A DNA stretch of 64,000 nt from an uncultured Chloroflexia bacterium (GTDB lineage Bacteria; Chloroflexota; Limnocylindria; Limnocylindrales; CSP1-4), in contig OY970218.1 in NCBI GenBank assembly GCA_963713975.1, forward strand, positions 3,456,001 to 3,520,000, written 5' to 3'. The translations under genes and the position numbers were made by a program. Below, piece after piece: positions 9,331 through 17,125 of this stretch; position 1 is the stretch's first letter, and every line of letters begins with the position of its first letter. The notes beneath the pieces are model-generated. The model was not told the DNA's origin, made no database searches, and saw only the letters and a list, made by a program, of their open reading frames with translations.

Positions 9331-11649
9331 ATGCACCGGTCCTTCGCCACCATCGTCGTCGCCATCGTGGGCGCTGTCGCGCTCCTCGGGATCCAGCCGC
9401 CGCCCGCCTCCGCGGCCGAGGGCTACTCGGACAGCGCGACCACCGTCTACACGCTCGACCCGGCCAAGGGCGTCCTCCGTGTCACAGTGACGATCAAGGT
9501 GAAGAACACCACGCCTGACACGAGCCAGCCCTACTCGTGCGTCAAGTACAGCAACGACTGGTTCCCCGTCCCCTACCTCGACACCTGCTACGAGACGACG
9601 AGCTACTACATCACCACGGCCTCGGCGGTGGTCGAGAGCGAGGCCAAGTCGATCAAGGCGGTCTCCGGCGGCAAGCCGCTCGAGGTGAGCGCCGGCAACG
9701 GGGACGCCTGGTACCGCTCGGTCACGGTCCGGTTCCCGGAGCTGTTCTACGGCGAGAGCCGCACGATCAAGCTGACCTACACGGTCAAGGGCGGGGCCCC
9801 GCGCAGCGACACCGCCACCCGGACGCTGCGCGCCTATGCCAGCTTCTGCGCCATCGCCAACGGCACCGATGCGAGCACGGTCACCGTGCGGATCCCCAAG
9901 GGGTACGACGTTGCGACGACCGGCAGGAAGCTGAAGGTGGCCACGGCCGGCAAGGAGCGCGTCTTCACCAGCGGCGCGATCAAGAACCCTGCGACCTGGT
10001 CGGCCTGCTTCAGCGGCACCAACAAGGCCGGCTACCGGACGCAGAAGCTCGCGACGCCGGACGGCCAGACGATCCGCCTGCGCTCGTGGCCCGAGGACGA
10101 GGCCTGGGCGACGAGCGTGAGCGCGGACGTGCAATCCAGCCTTCCCCTGCTGCAGCGATTGACCGGCACCGGGATGAGCGCCACCGCGAACCTCAACGTG
10201 CAGGAGTCGGCGACGGGCAACGAGTACGCGGGCTTCTACAACGCGGATACCAACACGGTGACGGTCGGCGAGGACTTCGGGCAGCCTGCGATCGTCGAGC
10301 ACGAGCTCGCCCACGTCTGGTTCAACGGCGGCAACCTCAAGGAGACCTGGCTCAGCGAGGGGTTCGCCGAGTGGGCCGCCCGCGCCGTCAGCGAGGAGGA
10401 TCCGGCCTGCGTGCAGCCCGATGCGGCGCCGGGCAGCATCACCCTGGCCACCTGGCGGTACCTCGAGCCCCGCGCCGATGCTGCCGAGCGGGTGGCCGTC
10501 GCCACCCAGTACCAGGCCGCCTGCCACGTCATGACCTCGGTCGCGACGGCAGCCGGCGAGGAGCGGATGACGCAGGCCGTGACCGCGCTGCTCCAGCGCC
10601 GGGACCCGTACGCTGCCGATCCCGAGTCGAAGCGGGCGGCGCGCCTCGCGACCTGGAAGGACTGGCTGGACGCCGTCGACGAGCTGGCCCTGGCGCCCGT
10701 CGGCGTGCCGGAGACCATGGCCTCGGACCTGCTGGTGGCCTACGGCGTCACCACCGACACGGGCCTGCTCGCCCAGCGGGCGGCGGCTCGGACCGCCTAC
10801 CGGGACCTGGTGGCGACGGTCGATGGCTGGACGGTTCCCGCGGCCGTGCGCACGCCGCTGTCGACCTGGAGCTTCGGCGCCGCGGAGACGGCGATCGAGA
10901 GCGCCACGCTGACCTGGGCGCTGACCGGCGAGACGGACCAGGCGCTCCCGGGCGTGGACGCGCGGCACGGGCCCGCGGCGGAGGCTTGGGAAGGCGCGAC
11001 CACGATCAACGACCTCGAGGCCGCGGCAGATCTCGCCGCCCGGCAGCTCGCGGCCGCGCGTGACGTGGCCGATGCCCTGGCCCTGGTGGACCAGCCGCTC
11101 GACATCGTCCAGCAGGTGGGCCTGTTCGGGATGCAGGTCCAGAGCCCGGACGCGGCCATCCCGGCCGTCAGGGCGGGTGACGGTGACGCCGTCGCCGGGA
11201 TCACGGCCCAGATCCGGGCATCGGTCGCGGGGTTGCGGGCCACCGGCCAGCAGCGGATCGCGGCGGGCGGCGCGATGCTCGCGCTCCTGGTGACGATGCT
11301 CGCAGTGTTCACCGTCCGGCGTGCGCGCCTGGCGTCGCGCCGTCGGGCCGTCGCGCGGGCGGCCGCGTTCGTGGCCCAGTCCCCTGCCCCGGTGTGGACG
11401 TCACCGCCGATCACCTCTCCCCGGACGTCATGGCCTGTGGGCTCATCGGACGACGCACCGACGCAGGTCTGGGACGTCCCGATCCTCAGCTCGGGCGCGG
11501 ATCCGGACCTCGGGTCGCTCGTGCACAAGCCGGGTCAGGCCCCGGAACCGTGGGTCCCGACCGCGTCGGTGGCGATGGACGTGCCGGCGGACGTTGCTGC
11601 GGCGCCGGCGGACGACGAGCCCGCAATGGAGCCTGGTCCAGATCGCTAG
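9331..11649 (+). CDS. Secreted, C-terminally membrane-anchored gluzincin (M1/MA-clan-like) metallopeptidase
   Basis: Signal peptide, HELAH-x(13-14)-WLSEGFAE zinc motif, late TM segment GAMLALLVTMLAVFTVRR, Pro-rich tail. Confidence 0.7.
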   Translation: MHRSFATIVVAIVGAVALLGIQPPPASAAEGYSDSATTVYTLDPAKGVLRVTVTIKVKNTTPDTSQPYSCVKYSNDWFPVPYLDTCYETTSYYITTASAVVESEAKSIKAVSGGKPLEVSAGNGDAWYRSVTVRFPELFYGESRTIKLTYTVKGGAPRSDTATRTLRAYASFCAIANGTDASTVTVRIPKGYDVATTGRKLKVATAGKERVFTSGAIKNPATWSACFSGTNKAGYRTQKLATPDGQTIRLRSWPEDEAWATSVSADVQSSLPLLQRLTGTGMSATANLNVQESATGNEYAGFYNADTNTVTVGEDFGQPAIVEHELAHVWFNGGNLKETWLSEGFAEWAARAVSEEDPACVQPDAAPGSITLATWRYLEPRADAAERVAVATQYQAACHVMTSVATAAGEERMTQAVTALLQRRDPYAADPESKRAARLATWKDWLDAVDELALAPVGVPETMASDLLVAYGVTTDTGLLAQRAAARTAYRDLVATVDGWTVPAAVRTPLSTWSFGAAETAIESATLTWALTGETDQALPGVDARHGPAAEAWEGATTINDLEAAADLAARQLAAARDVADALALVDQPLDIVQQVGLFGMQVQSPDAAIPAVRAGDGDAVAGITAQIRASVAGLRATGQQRIAAGGAMLALLVTMLAVFTVRRARLASRRRAVARAAAFVAQSPAPVWTSPPITSPRTSWPVGSSDDAPTQVWDVPILSSGADPDLGSLVHKPGQAPEPWVPTASVAMDVPADVAAAPADDEPAMEPGPDR

Positions 11650-11797
11650 CGTGTCGTGCCGCTGGGCGGTTGTACCGTTGGTTGTCGTGCAGTTTGGGCC
11701 GCCAGGAGGCACACCTGTCGGTTGAACCGGGCCCTGGAGGCGGCAGACGTGCCTCCCGGCGGCTGGATCATGCCTTCACCCGACCGTACGGCCGCTG

Positions 11798-11885
11798 GGC
11801 GGCGCAGGTGGCGGCGCAGGTGGGCGGCGCAGGTGGCGGCGCAGGTGGGGCGGGCGCAGGTGGCGGCGCAGGTGGCGGCGCAGGT
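11798..11885. repeat. Tandem repeat, about 7 copies of GGCGGCGCAGGT
   Basis: Directly visible 12-bp units with occasional extra G, between convergent genes. Confidence 0.85.
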
Positions 11886-12000
11886 GGGGCTCGAGTGGGA
11901 GCCCGATGGGCGACCCGGGCAGCGAGACGGCCGCCTCGGGCAGGCGCGTGGCCACGGCGCCCGCCGCCGAGCCCGCCACCGAAGACCCCGAGCCGGATCG

Positions 12001-13293
12001 CTAGCCGCGGGTCATCCGCTCCGCGATGTCGGCCCACTCCCAGAGGCGTCGCGGGTCTGACCGGCAGGTACTGATGTCCTTGAGCGTGAACTCGACCGGG
12101 CAGCCGTTGGCCTTCGTGGCCGCCAGCACGTCCCGGAAGTCCTTCACGGCCATCTCGGGCACCCACTCGTCCATCGCGACCATGGCCGGGTTCGGCTTGC
12201 GGCTGAACACGAAGTCGTGCCCGATCGCCTCGGCGCCCTTGTCGAGCTTCGCCCACGGGCTCATGGAGATCTTGCGCACGTTGGGGATCTTGCGGACGGA
12301 GTCGATCCGGTTGTGGAGCGGGTCACAGCAGCCGAAGTACCCGAGTCCGAAGCGCGCATACCAGCGGGCGTAGTACGGCGGCACGAACTCGTCGAACGCA
12401 GCGTCCGACACGGACACGAACAGCTGCGAGCGCCCAACGGTCCAGTTGTCGACGGCTCGGGCCCTGGCCGGGTCGAACCCGGGCTTCGGCAGCTCGGTCG
12501 TCTGGGCACCGGTGCAGTGGATCCGGTCGGCGCCGTAGCCCAGGAGGCCCCTCTCCTCCAGGATGTCGAGCTCCGCCAGGCGGACCTCGGTCAGGCGGTC
12601 CGCGATGGCGTGCAGGTGCTCCGGCCGGTCCACGAAGTCGTACAGGATCGGCTCGGTGCCGCGGTACTGCTCGATGTCGTCCCACAGCGGGAAGGCGAGC
12701 TCGTCGCCGTTGAAGCCGGTCAGGCCCTGCATCCGGACCTCGAGCAGGCCGTGGAGGCACTCGTTCGCCCATGCCTCCTCCCGGGCCGTCGCCGCCTCAT
12801 CCAGGCTGGGCACGAGGACCCGGAGCTTCGCCACGTCCTCGGGGTTCGCGAGCTGGTCCTCGTAATGGTGGCTCTGGACCACGTTGCCGGCGCCCTGATC
12901 GATGGTGTCCTCGGCGATCCGGATCCCCCAGCCGGGCCGGTCGATGACCTTCTTGATGTCGACGTACGGCTCGACCACCATGTCCACGCGCAGGTGGTTC
13001 CAGCGGTACAGCTCGCGACGGAGGCGCGTCTCGAGGTCAAAGGCAAAGGGGTGCGTGGACGTGACGACGAGATCGTCGCCGCCGGGGACGTCGCCGGCCA
13101 GCTCGTGCCAGGGGATCTCGTCGATCATCGCCATGGGCCGCTCGGGCCGGAGCCCGTTGAGCGCCTCCCACTCCCGGATCCGCTCCTGTTGAACGGGCAG
13201 GGCGGCGAGCTCCGCGACCCGGGCAGCCAGCTCGCGGACGGTCCGGACGTCTGCGATGGGCAGGCCCGTGCTGGTCGTGGCGGCGATGTCCAT
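12001..13293 (-). CDS. UroD/MtaA-superfamily TIM-barrel protein, putative substrate:corrinoid methyltransferase
   Basis: C-terminal FDEFVPPYYARW...YFGCCDPLH...RKISMSPWA...FSRKPNP pattern resembles URO-D-like methyltransferases; lies 26 bp downstream of a corrinoid protein gene. Confidence 0.6.
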   Translation of the reverse strand: MDIAATTSTGLPIADVRTVRELAARVAELAALPVQQERIREWEALNGLRPERPMAMIDEIPWHELAGDVPGGDDLVVTSTHPFAFDLETRLRRELYRWNHLRVDMVVEPYVDIKKVIDRPGWGIRIAEDTIDQGAGNVVQSHHYEDQLANPEDVAKLRVLVPSLDEAATAREEAWANECLHGLLEVRMQGLTGFNGDELAFPLWDDIEQYRGTEPILYDFVDRPEHLHAIADRLTEVRLAELDILEERGLLGYGADRIHCTGAQTTELPKPGFDPARARAVDNWTVGRSQLFVSVSDAAFDEFVPPYYARWYARFGLGYFGCCDPLHNRIDSVRKIPNVRKISMSPWAKLDKGAEAIGHDFVFSRKPNPAMVAMDEWVPEMAVKDFRDVLAATKANGCPVEFTLKDISTCRSDPRRLWEWADIAERMTRG

Positions 13294-13319
13294 CTCGAGG
13301 TCCCTCTCTGGATGCCCGG

Positions 13320-13946
13320 CTACGTCGCCAGCAGGCCGCGGGCGAGGTCCACGGCGGAGCCCGCGTCGGGGGCATAGCCGTCGGCACCGATCTGGGCGGC
13401 GAACTCAGGCGTGACCGGGGCGCCACCGATGACCACCCTGGTCGAGAGGTCTGCCGCGCGGACGGCCTCGACCACGGCGCGCATGTTGGGCATGGTCGTG
13501 GTCAGCAGCGCGGACACGCCGATCAGGTGCGCGTCGTGCTCCCGCGCGGCCTCGACGAAGGCGGCCGGGGCCACGTTGACCCCGAGGTCGATGACCTCGA
13601 TCCCGCCGCCCTTCCACATCATGCCCACGAGGTTCTTGCCGATGTCGTGGAGGTCCCCCTCGACGGTGCCCACGACCGCGCGGAACTCGGGCACCACGCC
13701 CGCGGCCGCGAGGACGGGCTCCAGGATCTCGGTGCCGGCCTTCATCGCCCGGGCGGCGATCAGCATCTCCGGGACGTATAGCTCGCCCTCCTGGAACTTG
13801 CGGCCCACCACGTCCATGGCGGCGGTCATGGCGTCGAGCACCGTCTTGGGGTCGGTTCCCTCGTCCAGGGCGGCCTGGGTCAGAGCTGCGGCATCCTTGC
13901 GGTTGCCGGCCTCGACGGCGGCGGTGAGGGCGGTCAGGTCGGCCAT
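13320..13946 (-). CDS. Corrinoid (B12-binding) protein of a methyltransferase system (MtaC/MtbC-like)
   Basis: Cap domain (MDVVGRKFQEGELYVPEMLIAARAM), GDLHDIGKNLV, SALLTTT, IGGAP. Confidence 0.92.
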   Translation of the reverse strand: MADLTALTAAVEAGNRKDAAALTQAALDEGTDPKTVLDAMTAAMDVVGRKFQEGELYVPEMLIAARAMKAGTEILEPVLAAAGVVPEFRAVVGTVEGDLHDIGKNLVGMMWKGGGIEVIDLGVNVAPAAFVEAAREHDAHLIGVSALLTTTMPNMRAVVEAVRAADLSTRVVIGGAPVTPEFAAQIGADGYAPDAGSAVDLARGLLAT

Positions 13947-14022
13947 GGCGGGGATCTCCTCAGGGTGGGGCGGCGGGCGGGGACGGCGGCGGGTGCGCCG
14001 GACGGGGCGCTGGACGGGGGCG

Positions 14023-14889
14023 CTATCCCAGGTGGGACCAGCCCGTGGTGTGGCGCTTGATCTCCTCGAGATTGTGCAGGCTCGACTCCCGGGCCCGCTC
14101 CTCCCAGGCGAACACGCAGACGGTCATGATCCCATCGAACCGCATGTCCCCGAGCGTCGCGAAGAAGGTATCCCAGGGCACCTCGCCCTGGCCGATATCC
14201 AGGTGCTGGTGGACGCGCACGGCGTTGCCGGGCGGGTTGGTGATGTAGCGCAGGCCGGACGATGCCCGGTGGTCGAAACAGTCCGCGACGTGGACCTGGG
14301 TCAGCAGGTCGCCCGCGTAGCGCATGATCCCGGCCATGTCGCCGCCCTGGTGGAAGGTGTGCGGAGCGCAGTACAGGAAGCTCACGTTCGGGGAGTTGAT
14401 GCCCCGGACCATGTCGACCGCCGTGAACCCGTTCTCCACGAAGTCGTCCGGGTGGGGCTCCAGGCGCAGCTGGATCCCCTCCCGCTCGAAGACCGGGAGC
14501 AGCTCCTCCATGGACTTCCAGAACATCGCCTCGGACAGGGAGGCCTTCTCCGGGCGCCCGTTGAACTCGGAGTTCATGACCGGGACGCCCAGCTCCACCG
14601 CGATCTCGATCGCCCGCTTCCAGTAGCGGACCGCGGCCTGTCGCTCGTCCTCGTCCGGCCCGGACCAGCGGAAGAGCGGCAGCAGCGAGCTGACCTGTAC
14701 CCCAGCCCCCGACAGGGCTGCCTTGAACGACCGGATCGTCGCCGTGTCCACGCGCGGGTGCAGGAAGAACGGGATGAAGTCCTCGCGCGGCGACAGCTCG
14801 AGGTACTCGTAGCCCAGGTCGGCGACCAGTCCCGGCAGCTCCACCAGGGGCGTGGTCCGGAACATGTACGGATCGAGCGCGATCTTCAT
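14023..14889 (-). CDS. iolH: Sugar-phosphate isomerase/epimerase family protein, IolH-like
   Basis: MKIALDPYM, ELSPREDFIPFF, EPHPDDF, HQHLDIGQGEV, VCVFAWEE match IolH-family features. Confidence 0.75.
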   Translation of the reverse strand: MKIALDPYMFRTTPLVELPGLVADLGYEYLELSPREDFIPFFLHPRVDTATIRSFKAALSGAGVQVSSLLPLFRWSGPDEDERQAAVRYWKRAIEIAVELGVPVMNSEFNGRPEKASLSEAMFWKSMEELLPVFEREGIQLRLEPHPDDFVENGFTAVDMVRGINSPNVSFLYCAPHTFHQGGDMAGIMRYAGDLLTQVHVADCFDHRASSGLRYITNPPGNAVRVHQHLDIGQGEVPWDTFFATLGDMRFDGIMTVCVFAWEERARESSLHNLEEIKRHTTGWSHLG

Positions 14890-14942
14890 CGTGTCTCCTC
14901 GTGGGCCGCCGGCCCGGGCCGGGACCCGTGGGCCACGGGACG

Positions 14943-15950
14943 CTATCGGTAGAGGTCGGGCTTGGCGATGTAGTCGATGGACATGCGCTCGCCGGTCTTG
15001 ACCGCCTCCACGCCGACCTCCACGACCTTGGTCGCCGCGTAACCCTCCCAGGCGCTGGGCCCCACGCACTCGCCGTCCGCGAGGCCGGTGATCCATGCCT
15101 GAAGCTCCGCCGTGTAGGCCGCGCCAAACCGTGCCCGCCAGTCGGGCGGGATGGTCGTCGCATCGGTGCCGGCGGCGATGGTCGACGAGACCACCGGGTT
15201 GGCCAGGGACGAGGTGCCCAACGAACCGACGAGCTCGCAGCGGACGTCGTAGCCGTACTGGCAGTTGGCGAAGAACTCGACCGTGGACAGGATCCCGGAC
15301 TCCGTGGTGAACACCGCGAACTGCGGGTCCTGGAGGTGCGGGAACGCCTTGGGCGTGCGCTTGGGCGGGATGACCTGGACGGCGGTGATCTCCTCGCCCA
15401 GCAGCCAGCGGCTCGTGTCCACCTCGTGGATCATCGAGTCGGTCATCGTCATGAAGCTGGTGTACGCCTCGCCCACGGTCGCGTTGCGGTGGACGTTGTG
15501 GAGGATCAGCGCGTCGCCGATCGCACCGCTCTCGAGCGACGCCTTGACCGCCCGGTAGCCCGAGTCGTAGCGACGCATGTAGCCGACGATGACGAGCCGC
15601 TTGCCGAAGGCCACCTCGGCCGCCACGATCTGCTCGCACTCGGGAACCGTGGGCGCCAGCGGCTTCTCGCACATGACCGGCTTGCCGGCCGCGATACAGG
15701 CGAGCACGTACTCGGCGTGGGTCGGGCCGATGGAGGTGACGAGGACGGCGTCCACCTCGTCCGAGGCAATCAGGTCCAGGCCGGTATCGAAGACCGCGAC
15801 GCCTCCGAGCTCCGCTGCCACCTCCGCGGCGCGTGCCCGGTTGACGTCGGTCACGGCGCTGACAGTGGAACCGTTGATGACGTTGACGAGCTTGCGGCCG
15901 TGGTCCTCGCCGATGAGCCCGGTGCCGATGATGCCGACCCTGATGGTCAT
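14943..15950 (-). CDS. iolG: Inositol 2-dehydrogenase, Gfo/Idh/MocA family (Bacillus IolG type)
   Basis: GIIGTGLIGEDH, CEKPLA, VGYMRRYD, DSMIHEVD, YGYDVRCE. Confidence 0.8.
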   Translation of the reverse strand: MTIRVGIIGTGLIGEDHGRKLVNVINGSTVSAVTDVNRARAAEVAAELGGVAVFDTGLDLIASDEVDAVLVTSIGPTHAEYVLACIAAGKPVMCEKPLAPTVPECEQIVAAEVAFGKRLVIVGYMRRYDSGYRAVKASLESGAIGDALILHNVHRNATVGEAYTSFMTMTDSMIHEVDTSRWLLGEEITAVQVIPPKRTPKAFPHLQDPQFAVFTTESGILSTVEFFANCQYGYDVRCELVGSLGTSSLANPVVSSTIAAGTDATTIPPDWRARFGAAYTAELQAWITGLADGECVGPSAWEGYAATKVVEVGVEAVKTGERMSIDYIAKPDLYR

Positions 15951-15979
15951 GGTGCGCTCCTCTCTCCCGGTCGTCGGGT

Positions 15980-16909
15980 TCAGCCCAGCGGCCGGCCGGC
16001 CCCCAGGCCACAGGTCTTGAAGTACTGCTGCGTCCGGATGGCGATCGGCAGCGGGCGCTCGAAGTCGCAGGGGTACATGTCCTGCTCCACGATGCAGAAC
16101 AGCTCGCGATCCAGCCCGGCGAGGGCATCGATCAGCGAGGGCATGTCCGGCTCGCCCAGCGGCGGCTCCACCATGGCCCCCAGCCGGACCGCGGGGGCGA
16201 AGCCCATCTTCTCGTCCATCGCGCGGGCGCGGATGGCCGTGTCGACCTGCTTGAGGTGGACGTACTGCACCCGGTCCGGGTAGTCCGCGATGAGCTTGAG
16301 GTTGTCGGCGCCGCAGTAGGCCACGTGCCCCGTGTCCAGGCACAGCTGGACGGTCTCGGGATCGGTGCCATCGAGGAAGCGCTCGATCTGCTCCTGCGTG
16401 CCGACGTGGCTGTCCGCGTGGGTGTGGAACACGAGCACGGCACCGTGCTTGTCCGTGACGTAGCGGCCCAGTGCCGACATGCCGGAGTTGAGGGCGTCCC
16501 ACTCATCGTCGGTGAGCGTGGGGCTCGCGGTCAGGTTGCCGTCGAAGTCCGTGTACCCCTCGGGCAGGATGACCAGGTGCTTCGCGCCGTTGGGCCCGAT
16601 GACCGCCATCTCGGCATCGCAGTCGGCCTTCGCCTGCTCCAGCGCTGCCCGGCCCTTGTGGAGCGCCACGAACACCGTTCCGCCGGTGAGTGTCAGGCCG
16701 CGCTTGGCGTACTCCTCGCGGATGATGCCGGGGTCCGTGGGCAGGTACCCGAAGGGCCCGAGCTCGCTGTACCTGTAGCCCGCGGCCTGGACCTCGTCGA
16801 GGTACCGCTGCCACGGTGTCTGCAGGGGGTCGATGCCAGGGTTCCAGACGCCCCAGGAATCCGGAGCTGTTCCCAGGTGAAGCTGGGGATAGTCGACGGC
16901 GAGGTTCAC
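15980..16909 (-). CDS. iolE: Myo-inosose-2 dehydratase-like TIM barrel (IolE/MocC family)
   Basis: GTAPDSWGVW, ELGPFGYLPTD, FHTHADSHV, LCLDTGH, YVHLKQ, IVEQDMYP. Confidence 0.7.
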   Translation of the reverse strand: MNLAVDYPQLHLGTAPDSWGVWNPGIDPLQTPWQRYLDEVQAAGYRYSELGPFGYLPTDPGIIREEYAKRGLTLTGGTVFVALHKGRAALEQAKADCDAEMAVIGPNGAKHLVILPEGYTDFDGNLTASPTLTDDEWDALNSGMSALGRYVTDKHGAVLVFHTHADSHVGTQEQIERFLDGTDPETVQLCLDTGHVAYCGADNLKLIADYPDRVQYVHLKQVDTAIRARAMDEKMGFAPAVRLGAMVEPPLGEPDMPSLIDALAGLDRELFCIVEQDMYPCDFERPLPIAIRTQQYFKTCGLGAGRPLG

Positions 16910-16972
16910 GACACGGACTCCCTGCGGCTGTACGAGCGGTGTTCACGACGACGGGTGGCTGTTCCCCACTAA

Positions 16973-16986
16973 TGTAATCGATTGCG
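16973..16986. promoter_or_regulatory. LacI-type operator TGTAATCGATTGCG overlapping the promoter of the iolE-iolG-iolH-corrinoid operon
   Basis: CG-centred palindrome repeated at six or more iol promoters in this window. Confidence 0.8.
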
Positions 16987-17125
16987 TCAAGTCCTTGCGA
17001 CCGCCGCTGCGGCCGCCCGGCGGCCGCCGTTGACGCCCCGCGCAGAATGAAGCGGCGTCGGAGGCGCGGGGGGAGCCACCGGTGCTGCGAGCAGCAACCG
17101 TCCCGTTGCGGAGCCCGTCAAGCCG

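Noticed and set aside
11798-11885. Tandem repeats here and at 37129-37191 as possible CRISPR arrays
   Set aside because: The units are adjacent with no unique spacers, too short, and no cas genes are present.
14023-16502. Apparent 701-aa and 519-aa fusion ORFs across iolH, iolG and iolE
   Set aside because: The extensions are off-frame read-through of neighbouring genes in high-GC DNA; each gene has its own RBS and start.
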